Part shown: positions 40,499-49,740 of the stretch, piece by piece
Numbering within the stretch: position 1 is the first letter of the stretch
Layout of the letters: every line of letters starts with the position of its first letter
Assembly (NCBI GenBank): GCA_002793515.1
Contig: PFEU01000018.1
Location: 32,203 to 96,202 of the forward strand
DNA: 64,000 bases
Source: Candidatus Uhrbacteria bacterium CG10_big_fil_rev_8_21_14_0_10_48_16
GTDB taxonomy: Bacteria; Patescibacteriota; Patescibacteriia; UBA9934; GWF2-40-263
Reading direction: 5' to 3'
The notes under the pieces: generated by a model
Databases searched by the model: none
Told to the model about the DNA's origin: nothing
What the model saw: only the letters and a program-made list of their open reading frames with translations
Translations under genes and position numbers: made by a program

Positions 40499-40845
40499 TA
40501 TTTTTTATCTGGTCGTTCTGCTCGCTTGTGCTTATCGGTTAATTTATCTTTATACCCTTTGAGTTGTCTTCGAATCTGATCCCGAGCCACTACAATGGCA
40601 TGATAGAGATCTTCTTCTTCGGTCGTCGCACGCAATTCACTCCCTGGGACATGTAATTGAAATTCCGCTTTATAGTAAGGTCCTTTCAAGTGATGTTTCG
40701 TGGATTTTCCTACTTCTACCCTTAATTCTGCTGTTGGTTCAAATCCCTTTGTGAGTCTCTCAAGCGCTTGTGATTGAGAGATCACACGAGATTTAATCGC
40801 ATCTGTAAGAGGGATGTTTGTGCCCTTGATTGAGATAATTCGCAT
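40498..40845 (-). CDS. hpf: ribosome hibernation promoting factor (RaiA/HPF)
   Basis: 115 aa with the HPF beta-alpha-beta-beta-beta-alpha pattern and a basic C-terminus. Confidence 0.8.
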   Translation of the reverse strand: MRIISIKGTNIPLTDAIKSRVISQSQALERLTKGFEPTAELRVEVGKSTKHHLKGPYYKAEFQLHVPGSELRATTEEEDLYHAIVVARDQIRRQLKGYKDKLTDKHKRAERPDKK

Positions 40846-40851
40846 AAGATC

Positions 40852-41814
40852 TTAAAAGCCTACATACATTATTTCCTCCTGTAATAGGATACCATATTCA
40901 TTCCGAGCACGCGTCTTAATGAGCGCTACGAGTTGCCCCACATCATCAGCGGTGGCTGAATCGACATTGAGCACAAAATTTCCATGAACCTCACTGACTT
41001 GGGCGCCTCCAATCTTCATTCCCTTGAGATCTAGTTGATCAATGAGCCAACCAGCAGAAAGATGCCGTTGCGACTGCATCTCTAAAGGTATATCGAGTTT
41101 ATCCTTAAGTCGTTGCAGTTCTTCGTCGCTTTGGATCTCATAATTTTTAAACATACATCCCGCTGAGCCCGCCCCAAGAGGTTGAGAAGTTTTTCGCTTC
41201 ATCAATTTGTCATCAATCTCCATTTTCAGTTCCGTCGCATCCCCTTCTTCAAGTTCAAATACGACGGAAAGCACAATGTCCTGTGAATGCTTAATCGCTG
41301 ACTCGCGGTATCCAAATTTCAAATCTTCTTTTTTCAACTCAATCACTTCTCCGTCACGAAGAACATCTACGCTCACCAGATAATCCTTCATCTCCCCGCC
41401 AAAGCACCCAGCATTCCCACGCACCCCTCCCCCGATGGTTCCCGGAAGGGTGATCGCCCAAGAGAGACCTTTGAGTCCCAGCATGGATGTTGCGCGTGCA
41501 AGAGCTGAAGCAAGTACCCCTGCGTCTGATCGTACACGCGTTCCTTGAATTTCATACGTCCGCATGGCCATTTTAATCATGATGCCATCAAACCCTTTAT
41601 CTGACACAAGGATGTTTGATCCTCCGCCAAACACAAACGTTTGCACGTGTTCTCTTTTTGCGAGTTCAAGGACGCTCTTGATCTCTTCGATGGAACGGAC
41701 CTCGACAAACCATTTCGCAGGGCCTCCAATACGAAAATTCGTATGCTTCCCCATGGGTTCTTGTTCCGTAACGCGCGCCCCAACAATTTCTTGAAGTTGT
41801 TCTGTGATCGTCAT
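40852..41814 (-). CDS. murB: UDP-N-acetylenolpyruvoylglucosamine reductase
   Basis: FAD-binding GGGSN motif and MurB C-terminal domain. Confidence 0.85.
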   Translation of the reverse strand: MTITEQLQEIVGARVTEQEPMGKHTNFRIGGPAKWFVEVRSIEEIKSVLELAKREHVQTFVFGGGSNILVSDKGFDGIMIKMAMRTYEIQGTRVRSDAGVLASALARATSMLGLKGLSWAITLPGTIGGGVRGNAGCFGGEMKDYLVSVDVLRDGEVIELKKEDLKFGYRESAIKHSQDIVLSVVFELEEGDATELKMEIDDKLMKRKTSQPLGAGSAGCMFKNYEIQSDEELQRLKDKLDIPLEMQSQRHLSAGWLIDQLDLKGMKIGGAQVSEVHGNFVLNVDSATADDVGQLVALIKTRARNEYGILLQEEIMYVGF

Positions 41815-43181
41815 ACAAGTTTTCGAGCCAGGGTATCGATGTCTCCTGCCCCCATGATCAGTAACACATCCCCTGGTTTTACAAGGTCACGAAGCATGTT
41901 TTCTGCTTCGTGAAAGTCTTTTGCAAAAAGAGCTTTTTTCCCAGAATCTTTTGCTTGAATCGCCTTTACAAGATCTTGTGAACTCACCTCATGATCCTCA
42001 TTGCGTCCAGCCACATCATAAATCTCGTGTACGATCAGTACATCTGCAAGAGGAAGGGCTTCAACGAACTCAGAAAATAATTTCTTGGTGCGATCATGTT
42101 GATGCGGTTGGTAACAAAGCACTACGCGACGCCCAGGAAAAAATTCACGGACAGCCTGAACCGTTTGAGCAATCGCACTTGGATGATGTCCGTAATCTGA
42201 AATGACATCCACTTCTTTCCACACGCCGACTCGCTCAAACCGGCGCCAGATTCCAGAAAAGGTTTGAAGAGCTTGACGACACGTCTCGAAAGGGACTCCG
42301 AGTTCCATGGCCGCACTTGTTGCTGCCAACGCATTCATCACATTGAACTCCCCTGGAATGCGCAACGCCAATTCACCCATACGCACATCCGAGACTTCTT
42401 TTCGATACACAGACACCCGTTGCACTCCCGCTTCTGTCACTCGATCACGTCCGGAATAGTCTGTGTCGATCCCCATGCCAAATCCAATTCCACGCTTCAA
42501 CTCGATCGCCTTTGTTCCAGCATCCATGGCGTTATAGATTGTCATGCCATTTCCCTGAAGTTTGTTTACGAACGTCTGGAATGTCTCTTGAATGTGTTCA
42601 AGATCGCGATAATAATCGAGGTGATCTTCCTCAATATTTGTCAGGACAATCATTTCCGGTTCTAGGTGCATCATGTTTGCTCGATACTCGCACCCTTCCA
42701 CCACAAAGAAACGCCCTTTTCCAAAACGGATATTCCCTTCTTCAAAACCTGGCACGAGTGAACCCACCAATACCGTCGGATCATATCCGGCTTCAACCAA
42801 CATGAGCCCGAGCATTGCTGTTGTCGTACTTTTCCCATTCGTTCCTGTCACCACAATCGTGGAGAACGATTTCGAAATTTCTCCAAGCACCTCAAAATTG
42901 AGTCGATCTGGAATACCTCGATCTCGAGCAAGCGAGCGTTCGACATTTGTTTCTGGAACAGCCGAAGAGTAAATAAGCAGATCCACATCTTCTGAGAGAT
43001 TCGAATCCGCATGACCAGAGAAAATTTTTGCTCCCCGAACCTCAAGATCGTGCGTCATGGCAGTTAATTCGATATCCGAACCACTTATGCGAACGCCTTC
43101 ATGAAGAAACCATTTTGCCAGGGCAGACATCCCAATGCCTCCAATTCCCACAAAATGAACGTGTTTATACGATTGAAACAT
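41811..43181 (-). CDS. murC: UDP-N-acetylmuramate--L-alanine ligase
   Basis: HFVGIGGIGMSALA, GTNGKSTT; start probably MFQSYKHVHF (track start is TTG further upstream). Confidence 0.85.
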   Translation of the reverse strand: MFQSYKHVHFVGIGGIGMSALAKWFLHEGVRISGSDIELTAMTHDLEVRGAKIFSGHADSNLSEDVDLLIYSSAVPETNVERSLARDRGIPDRLNFEVLGEISKSFSTIVVTGTNGKSTTTAMLGLMLVEAGYDPTVLVGSLVPGFEEGNIRFGKGRFFVVEGCEYRANMMHLEPEMIVLTNIEEDHLDYYRDLEHIQETFQTFVNKLQGNGMTIYNAMDAGTKAIELKRGIGFGMGIDTDYSGRDRVTEAGVQRVSVYRKEVSDVRMGELALRIPGEFNVMNALAATSAAMELGVPFETCRQALQTFSGIWRRFERVGVWKEVDVISDYGHHPSAIAQTVQAVREFFPGRRVVLCYQPHQHDRTKKLFSEFVEALPLADVLIVHEIYDVAGRNEDHEVSSQDLVKAIQAKDSGKKALFAKDFHEAENMLRDLVKPGDVLLIMGAGDIDTLARKLV

Positions 43182-43259
43182 ACAAGAACAGTCTATCATA
43201 TCGATCCTGCGTAAACGATATAGACTCCATACAAAAGAAAAAGCGCCGACCAAAGAGGT

Positions 43260-44576
43260 CTAGCGCAGGATGGGGTGTATGCCGTGGGTGTTCACCGTGC
43301 GTGATACCCAGGTCAGGATCTGTTCGTCATGGACCGTGGTCCACACGACTCCTCCGTCGGAATCCATGTGGAGGTTCCAGGCAAGGGGAACTGCCGTCCC
43401 TCGATGCCCGCGGAAGTGTGGGACGTCGTAGATACCTTCGTGTTGGATGTGGGCTTGGATGCGACCATCGTTGCCGAGAAGGACCTCACGGACCTCCGTT
43501 CCAGCCGTTGGTGTCCAGTCGACGTTTGAGCCGACGAATCGACTCGTCGCGAAGCGTCTGCGAGCAGGATCCTGGATGATTCCTGCGACGACAGACAGTT
43601 CGTCTGGTGACCAAGCGACGGTTGCGGGGTCCAGGGTGAAGGACCCTTCGTGGATGACTTCCCCGGTACTGAGCGTCAGTCGACGCACATCCGGAGATGC
43701 TCCGCGGGGATGCGTGAGCATCAGGAGCGTTCCCCCCTTGGGAGAGGACCACACGCCGTGGAACTCCCCATCGATTGAAATCCGTTCAGGCTCTTCGCCG
43801 AACGCTCGACGGTTGAGCTCGACGAGCCAGGACTGCGTCCCGCGGTTGACCGCGAGCATCAGTCGGCCCTGCCAACGGACGAGCCCTGCTGAACGCTGAG
43901 CGTCCCCAGGGTTGACCTGAAGGAAGGAGGTGGCTCCGTGCTCCGTAGCCTGGTAGGCGTAGAGAAGCCCACCGAATGACTCAAGCACACACAGCGTGTC
44001 TTCTTCGCAGACGCGCACGGTTGCCCAAGCATCGACCGGCCAAAGTCCCCACGAGGTGAGGTACAGCTTCTGACCGGGATGCTGTGCAGACGTTCCGACA
44101 GGAACGCGGTTGGGCCGTGGGCCCACAGCGAATTCCAGTCGATCGAGTCGGTGAAGGAACTGACTTGCGTCTTGCGTGAGACGCCAGACTCCCGGCGGAT
44201 GACCTTCCACCCTTCCCCAGACGAGGAGGTCTTCACTCCCCACCCTGAGGATCCGTGTCCCACTTGCTCCCGGCCCGAAGGGACTAAGGAATGCGGGACC
44301 CACCGGACCGAAGGTGGAGTGATAGACGCGCTCGCCAGCAGGATAGGTGCGAATGACTTGTCCGATGAAGAGACCACAGGAACTTGCAACGAGCTGATCC
44401 CCGGAGATCAGCTGAAGAATTCTCAGCGGGGTAGCGGTCTCTGGGATATCGCCGACGCGGATCATCTCCCCCGTGAAGTCGGGGGTGTTCATCCGTACGA
44501 CGTGACTCCGGGGAGGAATCGTGGATTGATGCACGGGAACCTCCATTCTCAGTGGCACACAAGATCGTGTGGTCAT
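43260..44576 (-). CDS. hypothetical protein, GC-rich insertion (about 62% GC)
   Basis: 438-aa ORF with Trp/Gly-rich repeats suggestive of a beta-rich fold; no motif recognised; followed on its transcript by the hairpin GCGCcGACC-aaaga-GGTCtaGCGC plus U-tract at 43236-43270. Confidence 0.4.
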   Translation of the reverse strand: MTTRSCVPLRMEVPVHQSTIPPRSHVVRMNTPDFTGEMIRVGDIPETATPLRILQLISGDQLVASSCGLFIGQVIRTYPAGERVYHSTFGPVGPAFLSPFGPGASGTRILRVGSEDLLVWGRVEGHPPGVWRLTQDASQFLHRLDRLEFAVGPRPNRVPVGTSAQHPGQKLYLTSWGLWPVDAWATVRVCEEDTLCVLESFGGLLYAYQATEHGATSFLQVNPGDAQRSAGLVRWQGRLMLAVNRGTQSWLVELNRRAFGEEPERISIDGEFHGVWSSPKGGTLLMLTHPRGASPDVRRLTLSTGEVIHEGSFTLDPATVAWSPDELSVVAGIIQDPARRRFATSRFVGSNVDWTPTAGTEVREVLLGNDGRIQAHIQHEGIYDVPHFRGHRGTAVPLAWNLHMDSDGGVVWTTVHDEQILTWVSRTVNTHGIHPILR

Positions 44577-44736
44577 CTAAACCTAGCGATTTTCTGCCCC
44601 GTTGTCAATGCTCAGAGCACGACGTAGAATAGAGAATACACGGTAGGGATAAACCTCCAACTGACACCAAAACCTATGTTGTAATAAGAAAGACATGAAA
44701 ACGGACTTAATCCATGTCTTTTTATGTACAACACCT

Positions 44737-45978
44737 ATGAACATCTCTACCTTTGATCCAGATCTCTCTACCGCCCTCAACAAAGAACTTGCTCGCCAAC
44801 AAGAAGGCCTCGAAATGATTCCTTCTGAAAACTTCGTTTCCCCAGCCGTTCTTGAGGCACTGGGATCGATCGCCACAAATAAGTATTCTGAGGGGTACCC
44901 AGGAAAGCGCTATTACGGAGGCTGTCAAGAAATCGACGTCATCGAACAACTGGCGATCGATCGTGCAAAAAAACTTTTTAATGCAGAGCACGTAAATGTT
45001 CAACCCCTTTCTGGGGCTCCAGCGAACCTTGCGGCGTATGTCGCTCTTGTCCCTCCCGGTGGAACGATTCTTGGAATGGACCTCTCACATGGAGGACATC
45101 TCACCCATGGACATCCGGTCACTCACATCGCAAAAGTCTGGAACTTCATTCGCTATAAAACCACACCTGAAGGGCTTATCGATTACGACGAAATCGAGCG
45201 CATGGCGCGCGAACATAAGCCAAATTTGATCCTTGTTGGATATTCTGGATACTCCCGTGAAATCGATTACGCACGCATCAAACGCATTGCCGATGAGGTC
45301 GGATCGCTCACCATGGCGGACATGGCCCACATCGCTGGGCTTATTGCTGCAGGAGAAATGAATAATCCTGTTCCAATTTTTGACGTTGTTACGACGACAA
45401 CACATAAAACCTTGAGAGGACCACGAGGAGGAATGATTCTCTGTAAAAAAATCCATAAAAAAGCCATCGACAAAGCCGTCTTCCCAGGACTTCAAGGGGG
45501 GCCTCATGAGAACGTCATTGCAGCGAAGGCCATTGCGTTTAAAGAAGCGATGCTTCCAGAGTTTAAAACATACGCTCAACAAATTAAGAAGAACGCAAAA
45601 GTGCTCGAGGGAGTTTTTCAGTCACGCGGATACAATCTCATGTTTGGCGGAACGGATAATCACCTCCTTCTGGTTGATGTGACCCCGAAAGGCGTGACTG
45701 GTCAACAAGCTGAAATTGCGCTCGATAAGGCTGGAATCACCGTCAATAAAAACATGATTCCAGATGACCCTCGATCCCCAATGGATCCATCAGGAATCCG
45801 ACTTGGAACTCCCGCTGTGACCACACGGGGAATGAAGGAGGAGGAGATGAAGCAGATCGGTGTCTGGATGGACGAGGCGATAACGATGTGGCAAGACGAT
45901 GCAAAACTCGAAACCATCCGCCAGGAAGTAAAAACCATGACCAACCGTTTTCCGCTTTATCCAGACTTGACGTACTAA
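44737..45978 (+). CDS. glyA: serine hydroxymethyltransferase
   Basis: PLP motif ...TTTTHKTLRGPRGG..., MIPSENF N-terminus. Confidence 0.9.
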   Translation: MNISTFDPDLSTALNKELARQQEGLEMIPSENFVSPAVLEALGSIATNKYSEGYPGKRYYGGCQEIDVIEQLAIDRAKKLFNAEHVNVQPLSGAPANLAAYVALVPPGGTILGMDLSHGGHLTHGHPVTHIAKVWNFIRYKTTPEGLIDYDEIERMAREHKPNLILVGYSGYSREIDYARIKRIADEVGSLTMADMAHIAGLIAAGEMNNPVPIFDVVTTTTHKTLRGPRGGMILCKKIHKKAIDKAVFPGLQGGPHENVIAAKAIAFKEAMLPEFKTYAQQIKKNAKVLEGVFQSRGYNLMFGGTDNHLLLVDVTPKGVTGQQAEIALDKAGITVNKNMIPDDPRSPMDPSGIRLGTPAVTTRGMKEEEMKQIGVWMDEAITMWQDDAKLETIRQEVKTMTNRFPLYPDLTY

Positions 45979-45989
45979 ACACAAACACC

Positions 45990-46127
45990 CCTCAGGGCTG
46001 TCTCAAAACTCGCGATCTCGACTTTCACGGGCGCCCGTCGACCCCACTCTCCCTACGTTTAGTAGGGTTCGTGGGGATCGACAGCCCGTTCAAGCCGATC
46101 TCATCGAGTTTTGAGACAGCCCCCTCA
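45990..46127 (+). mobile_element. MITE-like 128-bp element with perfect 18-bp terminal inverted repeats (GGGCTGTCTCAAAACTCG / CGAGTTTTGAGACAGCCC) and a 5-bp direct duplication CCTCA, inserted into the glyA terminator
   Basis: TIR-L 45995-46012, TIR-R 46105-46122; CCTCA at 45990-45994 and 46123-46127. Removing the element and one CCTCA copy restores CACCCC-tcac-GGGGTG-TTTTTT, a canonical terminator. The interior is GC-rich with nested palindromes (CGGGCGCCCG; CCCTAC-gttta-GTAGGG). Confidence 0.55.
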
Positions 46128-46141
46128 CGGGGTGTTTTTTG

Positions 46142-46738
46142 TTACAACGATTTTATAAACGCTTTCAGTTTCTCAAATGCTCGACCGCGGTGACTGAGAC
46201 GATTTTTTTCTTCGTCTGTCATTTGAGCAAATGTCTGATCAAATCCAGATGGTTGAAAGATGACGTCGTAAGGAAGTTTTGAACGAGGCGTTCCTCGTGG
46301 CTCAACAATCACCTCTCCCTCCACCAATCCTTCAAACGTCCATGATTCATGTTGGGGAGATACGAGCGCGGCCACCGAATGAAATGTCGCTCCACGCTTT
46401 CCCTCTTCCACACCCCTCAGTTGCTCAAGGGTGTGCTTGATCAGTTGTTCATCACTCGCCCCTTCTCCTGCCCAACGCGCGGTATAGACTCCCGGTCGGC
46501 CATCAAGCGCATCAATCGTGATGCCTGAATCATCCGCCACTGCCCACTCTCCCGTTTGCTGAGTCACAAACTGCGCCTTCTTAAGCGCGTTCTCGACAAA
46601 GGTTGTTCCATCCTCCACAACATCATCCATGACCCCTACTTCCTCTGCACTCAAAACCTCAACTCCTGCATCCGCAAAAAGCTGTTGAAGCTCTTTTATC
46701 TTCCCCACATTATGAGTCGCAAATATCAATCGTTTCAT
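46142..46738 (-). CDS. rdgB: non-canonical purine NTP pyrophosphatase (RdgB/HAM1)
   Basis: FATHNVGKIKEL...Ham1 motifs. Confidence 0.85.
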   Translation of the reverse strand: MKRLIFATHNVGKIKELQQLFADAGVEVLSAEEVGVMDDVVEDGTTFVENALKKAQFVTQQTGEWAVADDSGITIDALDGRPGVYTARWAGEGASDEQLIKHTLEQLRGVEEGKRGATFHSVAALVSPQHESWTFEGLVEGEVIVEPRGTPRSKLPYDVIFQPSGFDQTFAQMTDEEKNRLSHRGRAFEKLKAFIKSL

Positions 46739-46782
46739 ATTGAAAAATAGTATAACAAATGCTACTCTTCTCGTCGTTAACT

Positions 46783-47619
46783 ATGGCAAAACTCCTTGAT
46801 GGAAAAGCGCTTGGTCTTCGTATTCGCGAAAAGATCAAGTCCCGTATTGAAACGCTCCCAAGTCAACCTGGCTTAGGAGTGATTTTAGTTGGAAACGATC
46901 CGGCCTCGCACTTGTATGTGAGTCTCAAACAACGTGCATGTGAAGAAGCGGGCATTCATTTTGAAGTCTTCCTCTATCCGTCTAGCACACTTGAAGAAGA
47001 TTTGATTGAAAAAGTTCATGAGCTTAACGCTCGAACAGACATCAACGGTATTTTGGTACAACTCCCCCTTCCTTCGCAAAGCGCAGACCGTGTCATTGCC
47101 GTCATCGATCCTCTCAAAGATGTTGATGGATTTCATCCAAAAAATCTTGAACGTCTACGTCGAGGAGAACCCTGCATCGCTTCCGCTGTTGCCCTCGGTG
47201 TCATGCGTCTTATCCGCGAAGCGGTGGGCGAAGGAGCTCTCCCTCCAAACGCGCTGATTGTTTCCTCTCCTCTTTTTGCCGAGCCCCTCAAACTTCTTCT
47301 TCAAGAGGGAGGCGTTGCGACAGACGTGACCCCAGCCGAAGACTCAGAGCTCGCAAGCAAAACACGATCGGCGGATATTCTGATTGTCGCAGAAGGAATG
47401 CCAAAATTGATTACCGGCGACATGGTTAAACCCGGGGCGATTATGATTGATGTTGGAACCACTCGCATAGATGAAGGTTTGGTTGGAGATATAGACTTTG
47501 ATTCCGTCGAACCCATCGTGAGCGCCATCACTCCTGTCCCTGGAGGCGTTGGTCCCATGACCGTCGCTATGCTCCTCGTGAATATTCTCAAAGCCTACAC
47601 ACTCCAACAACAGGATTGA
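46783..47619 (+). CDS. folD: bifunctional methylenetetrahydrofolate dehydrogenase/cyclohydrolase
   Basis: LLDGKA...GxxSxLYV...FolD N-terminus, Rossmann GRSxxVG-like motif. Confidence 0.88.
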   Translation: MAKLLDGKALGLRIREKIKSRIETLPSQPGLGVILVGNDPASHLYVSLKQRACEEAGIHFEVFLYPSSTLEEDLIEKVHELNARTDINGILVQLPLPSQSADRVIAVIDPLKDVDGFHPKNLERLRRGEPCIASAVALGVMRLIREAVGEGALPPNALIVSSPLFAEPLKLLLQEGGVATDVTPAEDSELASKTRSADILIVAEGMPKLITGDMVKPGAIMIDVGTTRIDEGLVGDIDFDSVEPIVSAITPVPGGVGPMTVAMLLVNILKAYTLQQQD

Positions 47620-47684
47620 CGACTTAGTGTTTTCTGTGTAGGTTTGCTTGTTCGTGAGACTCCCTCGCGACCTGACCAACCCCC

Positions 47685-48038
47685 ATGGAGGACACCGTGC
47701 TCATTCTTCACTCTCCTGGTAAGGCACAGCGCCGATTCCGGACGACCATTCTCGATGGCGATCGCTCGCTCGGGCTCTTCTTGAAGGAAGAGGGACGTCT
47801 CCAGGGCTTCCTGGAGATCAACGCTTCCACTCCCGTGAGCGCCCTCGCCCATCTGGTGCGACGGTGGGCAAAGGCCCATGACATCAGTCGGTGGTTCACC
47901 ACCAAGATGATCACCATGGTCGAGGAGGAATTCGAGACGCTGACCGAACTCCAGAAGCACGGCCCCGACATCAGCCTCGGCTGGTTCGGAAGCGACACCG
48001 ATCGCAGGCCCCCCGAGATCTACGAGACCATCCACTAG
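47685..48038 (+). CDS. small hypothetical protein, GC-rich insertion
   Basis: 117 aa, about 62% GC; followed by two hairpin terminators. Confidence 0.35.
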   Translation: MEDTVLILHSPGKAQRRFRTTILDGDRSLGLFLKEEGRLQGFLEINASTPVSALAHLVRRWAKAHDISRWFTTKMITMVEEEFETLTELQKHGPDISLGWFGSDTDRRPPEIYETIH

Positions 48039-48123
48039 CGACCACGTCGCTCCACGCATACCGACGAACCACTCGTCGGCTCTCCCCCCACCTTCTCGGT
48101 GGGTTTTACTTTATTTGCGAATC

Positions 48124-48151
48124 AAAAAACAGCCCTTTCGAGCTGTTTTTG
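48124..48151. terminator. bidirectional terminator AAAAACAGC-cctttcga-GCTGTTTTTG (plus upstream hairpin CCCACC-ttctc-GGTGGGTTTT at 48089-48110)
   Basis: Stems and U-tracts seen directly. Confidence 0.55.
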
Positions 48152-48154
48152 TAT

Positions 48155-48550
48155 TTAGACGGTTGTGGGAGAGCGATGCGCCGCAAGACCTCCTACAAGA
48201 ATCGCGACGAGATTGATCCAGTTTACATTGATGGTATTGAGATTCAGAATGCTTTGCCACGTTGCTCCATACACAGGTCCCACCAGAAGCACCGAGAAAA
48301 AGAACATCAGAATCATCCATCCAAATGCGGTGACGAACCGAGCCGTCCAATCATTTCGTGCCTTTCGAAAATAAAGATAACTCACCAGCAATGCCCACAG
48401 AGGGGTAAACACATTCCCTGCGATAAAAAGAAGTGGATGCGTTGTCACTTGATAGACCGTGACGAGGATGAGTGAACCGGGATACCAAACAATAAAGAAC
48501 AGCGCAAAAAACCCGACCCAGCGTTTGTTTAGAATTGATCGTACCTCCAT
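48155..48550 (-). CDS. small integral membrane protein
   Basis: 4 TM helices; no family recognised. Confidence 0.4.
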   Translation of the reverse strand: MEVRSILNKRWVGFFALFFIVWYPGSLILVTVYQVTTHPLLFIAGNVFTPLWALLVSYLYFRKARNDWTARFVTAFGWMILMFFFSVLLVGPVYGATWQSILNLNTINVNWINLVAILVGGLAAHRSPTTV

Positions 48551-48556
48551 AGGATT

Positions 48557-49732
48557 CTATCTTATCAAAGTTGTGAAAACCTCCAAAATAATTCCTCCAC
48601 TGAATACCGTAATAATAATCCAAGTGAGCGGAGCGGGAAAGTTAATACAGTGGTGTTCTCTGCAGAGTCCCTTGCGACGAAGCGACCAGTAGGTCAGGGC
48701 CACCAAAATTCCGAGGAACCCTCCAAAGACTCCTCCAACAAATCCAATAATATGAATGAACTCGCGCATCCCAAGGGCGAACAGTAGAATTGGAACGGCG
48801 CTTACCAATAACCAGGAAAGTCGGTGCTTGAGATGAAAATCAAATTTAAAGGTATTCAGGAGTTCAATTCCTAGAACCATGTAAATCGAAAGGATGGTCA
48901 GTGTTCCCAATACCGTCGCTACCACAAGAAACGTTTCTCCTAGATACGGGACAAGACCGTCAAACGCGGAACTCGTCGTTTCACTTCCTGTTACTCCGAC
49001 AACCGCAAACGCAAACAAGGCGTAGAGCGATAAAACAATCGTCATCGCAACGATAATCACGGATGCAAGTTGGCGTTTGTGTTTTTTCCCAAGAACATCT
49101 TTGAGTTCCGGGACAATCCCCATCCCTGCCAGTGAGAACAAAATCACTCCGTACGGAGTAAACGCCTGGGAAACATTGAGTGTGGTGTAATGCGCAAAAG
49201 AAATTTCAGGAATGCTTGCAAGAACAATAAAGGTAAAAAGAAAGAGGAGGGCGAGAACAACAAGATATTCAATCTTAGACGCGAACGTTAATCCTCCATA
49301 AATCAAGAGCGTTCCAATCCCCGCCACAACATACGAATAGACCGCGACCTCTCCTCCAAGCACCGGAGACAACAACAAGTGGAGGAAGGTTCCCCCAACG
49401 ACCATGTAGGCCAACATCGCCCCCCAGATTCCTAGTCCAAGTGCGGTAAGCGTAATCCATTTCCACAAGGGACCAACATACATCTCCACATACGCGACAA
49501 GTCTGTGGTGACCTGGAGTTTGTACAACAACCTCTCCCAACATGAGCTGAAGCGTCACCAAAATTCCTCCAATAAAAAGAAGCTCTAGGAGCCCCAATCC
49601 GAAACCACTTTGGGCAAACGCATACGGCAACCCAAAAACACCGACACCGATAATGGCGCCGATCATCATTCCGACAGAACGTAGAAATGGACGATTTGGA
49701 TGAATCATGAAGAATCCACAGGTTACTGACAA
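48557..49732 (-). CDS. amino-acid permease (aromatic/serine transporter-like, 11 TM)
   Basis: GAIIGVGVFGLPYAFAQSG N-terminal motif typical of Trp/Tyr/Ser permease-type transporters. Confidence 0.55.
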   Translation of the reverse strand: MSVTCGFFMIHPNRPFLRSVGMMIGAIIGVGVFGLPYAFAQSGFGLGLLELLFIGGILVTLQLMLGEVVVQTPGHHRLVAYVEMYVGPLWKWITLTALGLGIWGAMLAYMVVGGTFLHLLLSPVLGGEVAVYSYVVAGIGTLLIYGGLTFASKIEYLVVLALLFLFTFIVLASIPEISFAHYTTLNVSQAFTPYGVILFSLAGMGIVPELKDVLGKKHKRQLASVIIVAMTIVLSLYALFAFAVVGVTGSETTSSAFDGLVPYLGETFLVVATVLGTLTILSIYMVLGIELLNTFKFDFHLKHRLSWLLVSAVPILLFALGMREFIHIIGFVGGVFGGFLGILVALTYWSLRRKGLCREHHCINFPAPLTWIIITVFSGGIILEVFTTLIR

Positions 49733-49740
49733 ATTATAAC

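Noticed and set aside
43329-44627. Multiple overlapping ORFs (43447-43899 +, 43859-44389 -, 44079-44627 +, 44284-44562 -) in the GC-rich insertion
   Set aside because: Shadow ORFs of the 438-aa minus-strand gene.
45995-46122. Possible SRP RNA, 6S RNA or tRNA-like RNA in the glyA-rdgB spacer
   Set aside because: No GGAA/AGCAG SRP domain-IV motif and no tRNA T-loop (GTTCGAATC-like) or anticodon arm. The exact 18-bp TIRs plus the 5-bp direct duplication fit a MITE better; an ncRNA role is not excluded.
48079-48174. 8-bp inverted repeat GCTCTCCC / GGGAGAGC flanking the terminator pair after the small GC-rich gene
   Set aside because: Too short to distinguish from chance; no target-site duplication.
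47595-48475. 154-aa minus and 194-aa plus ORFs spanning the small GC-rich gene and terminators
   Set aside because: They run through two hairpin terminators and intergenic DNA; GC artefacts.
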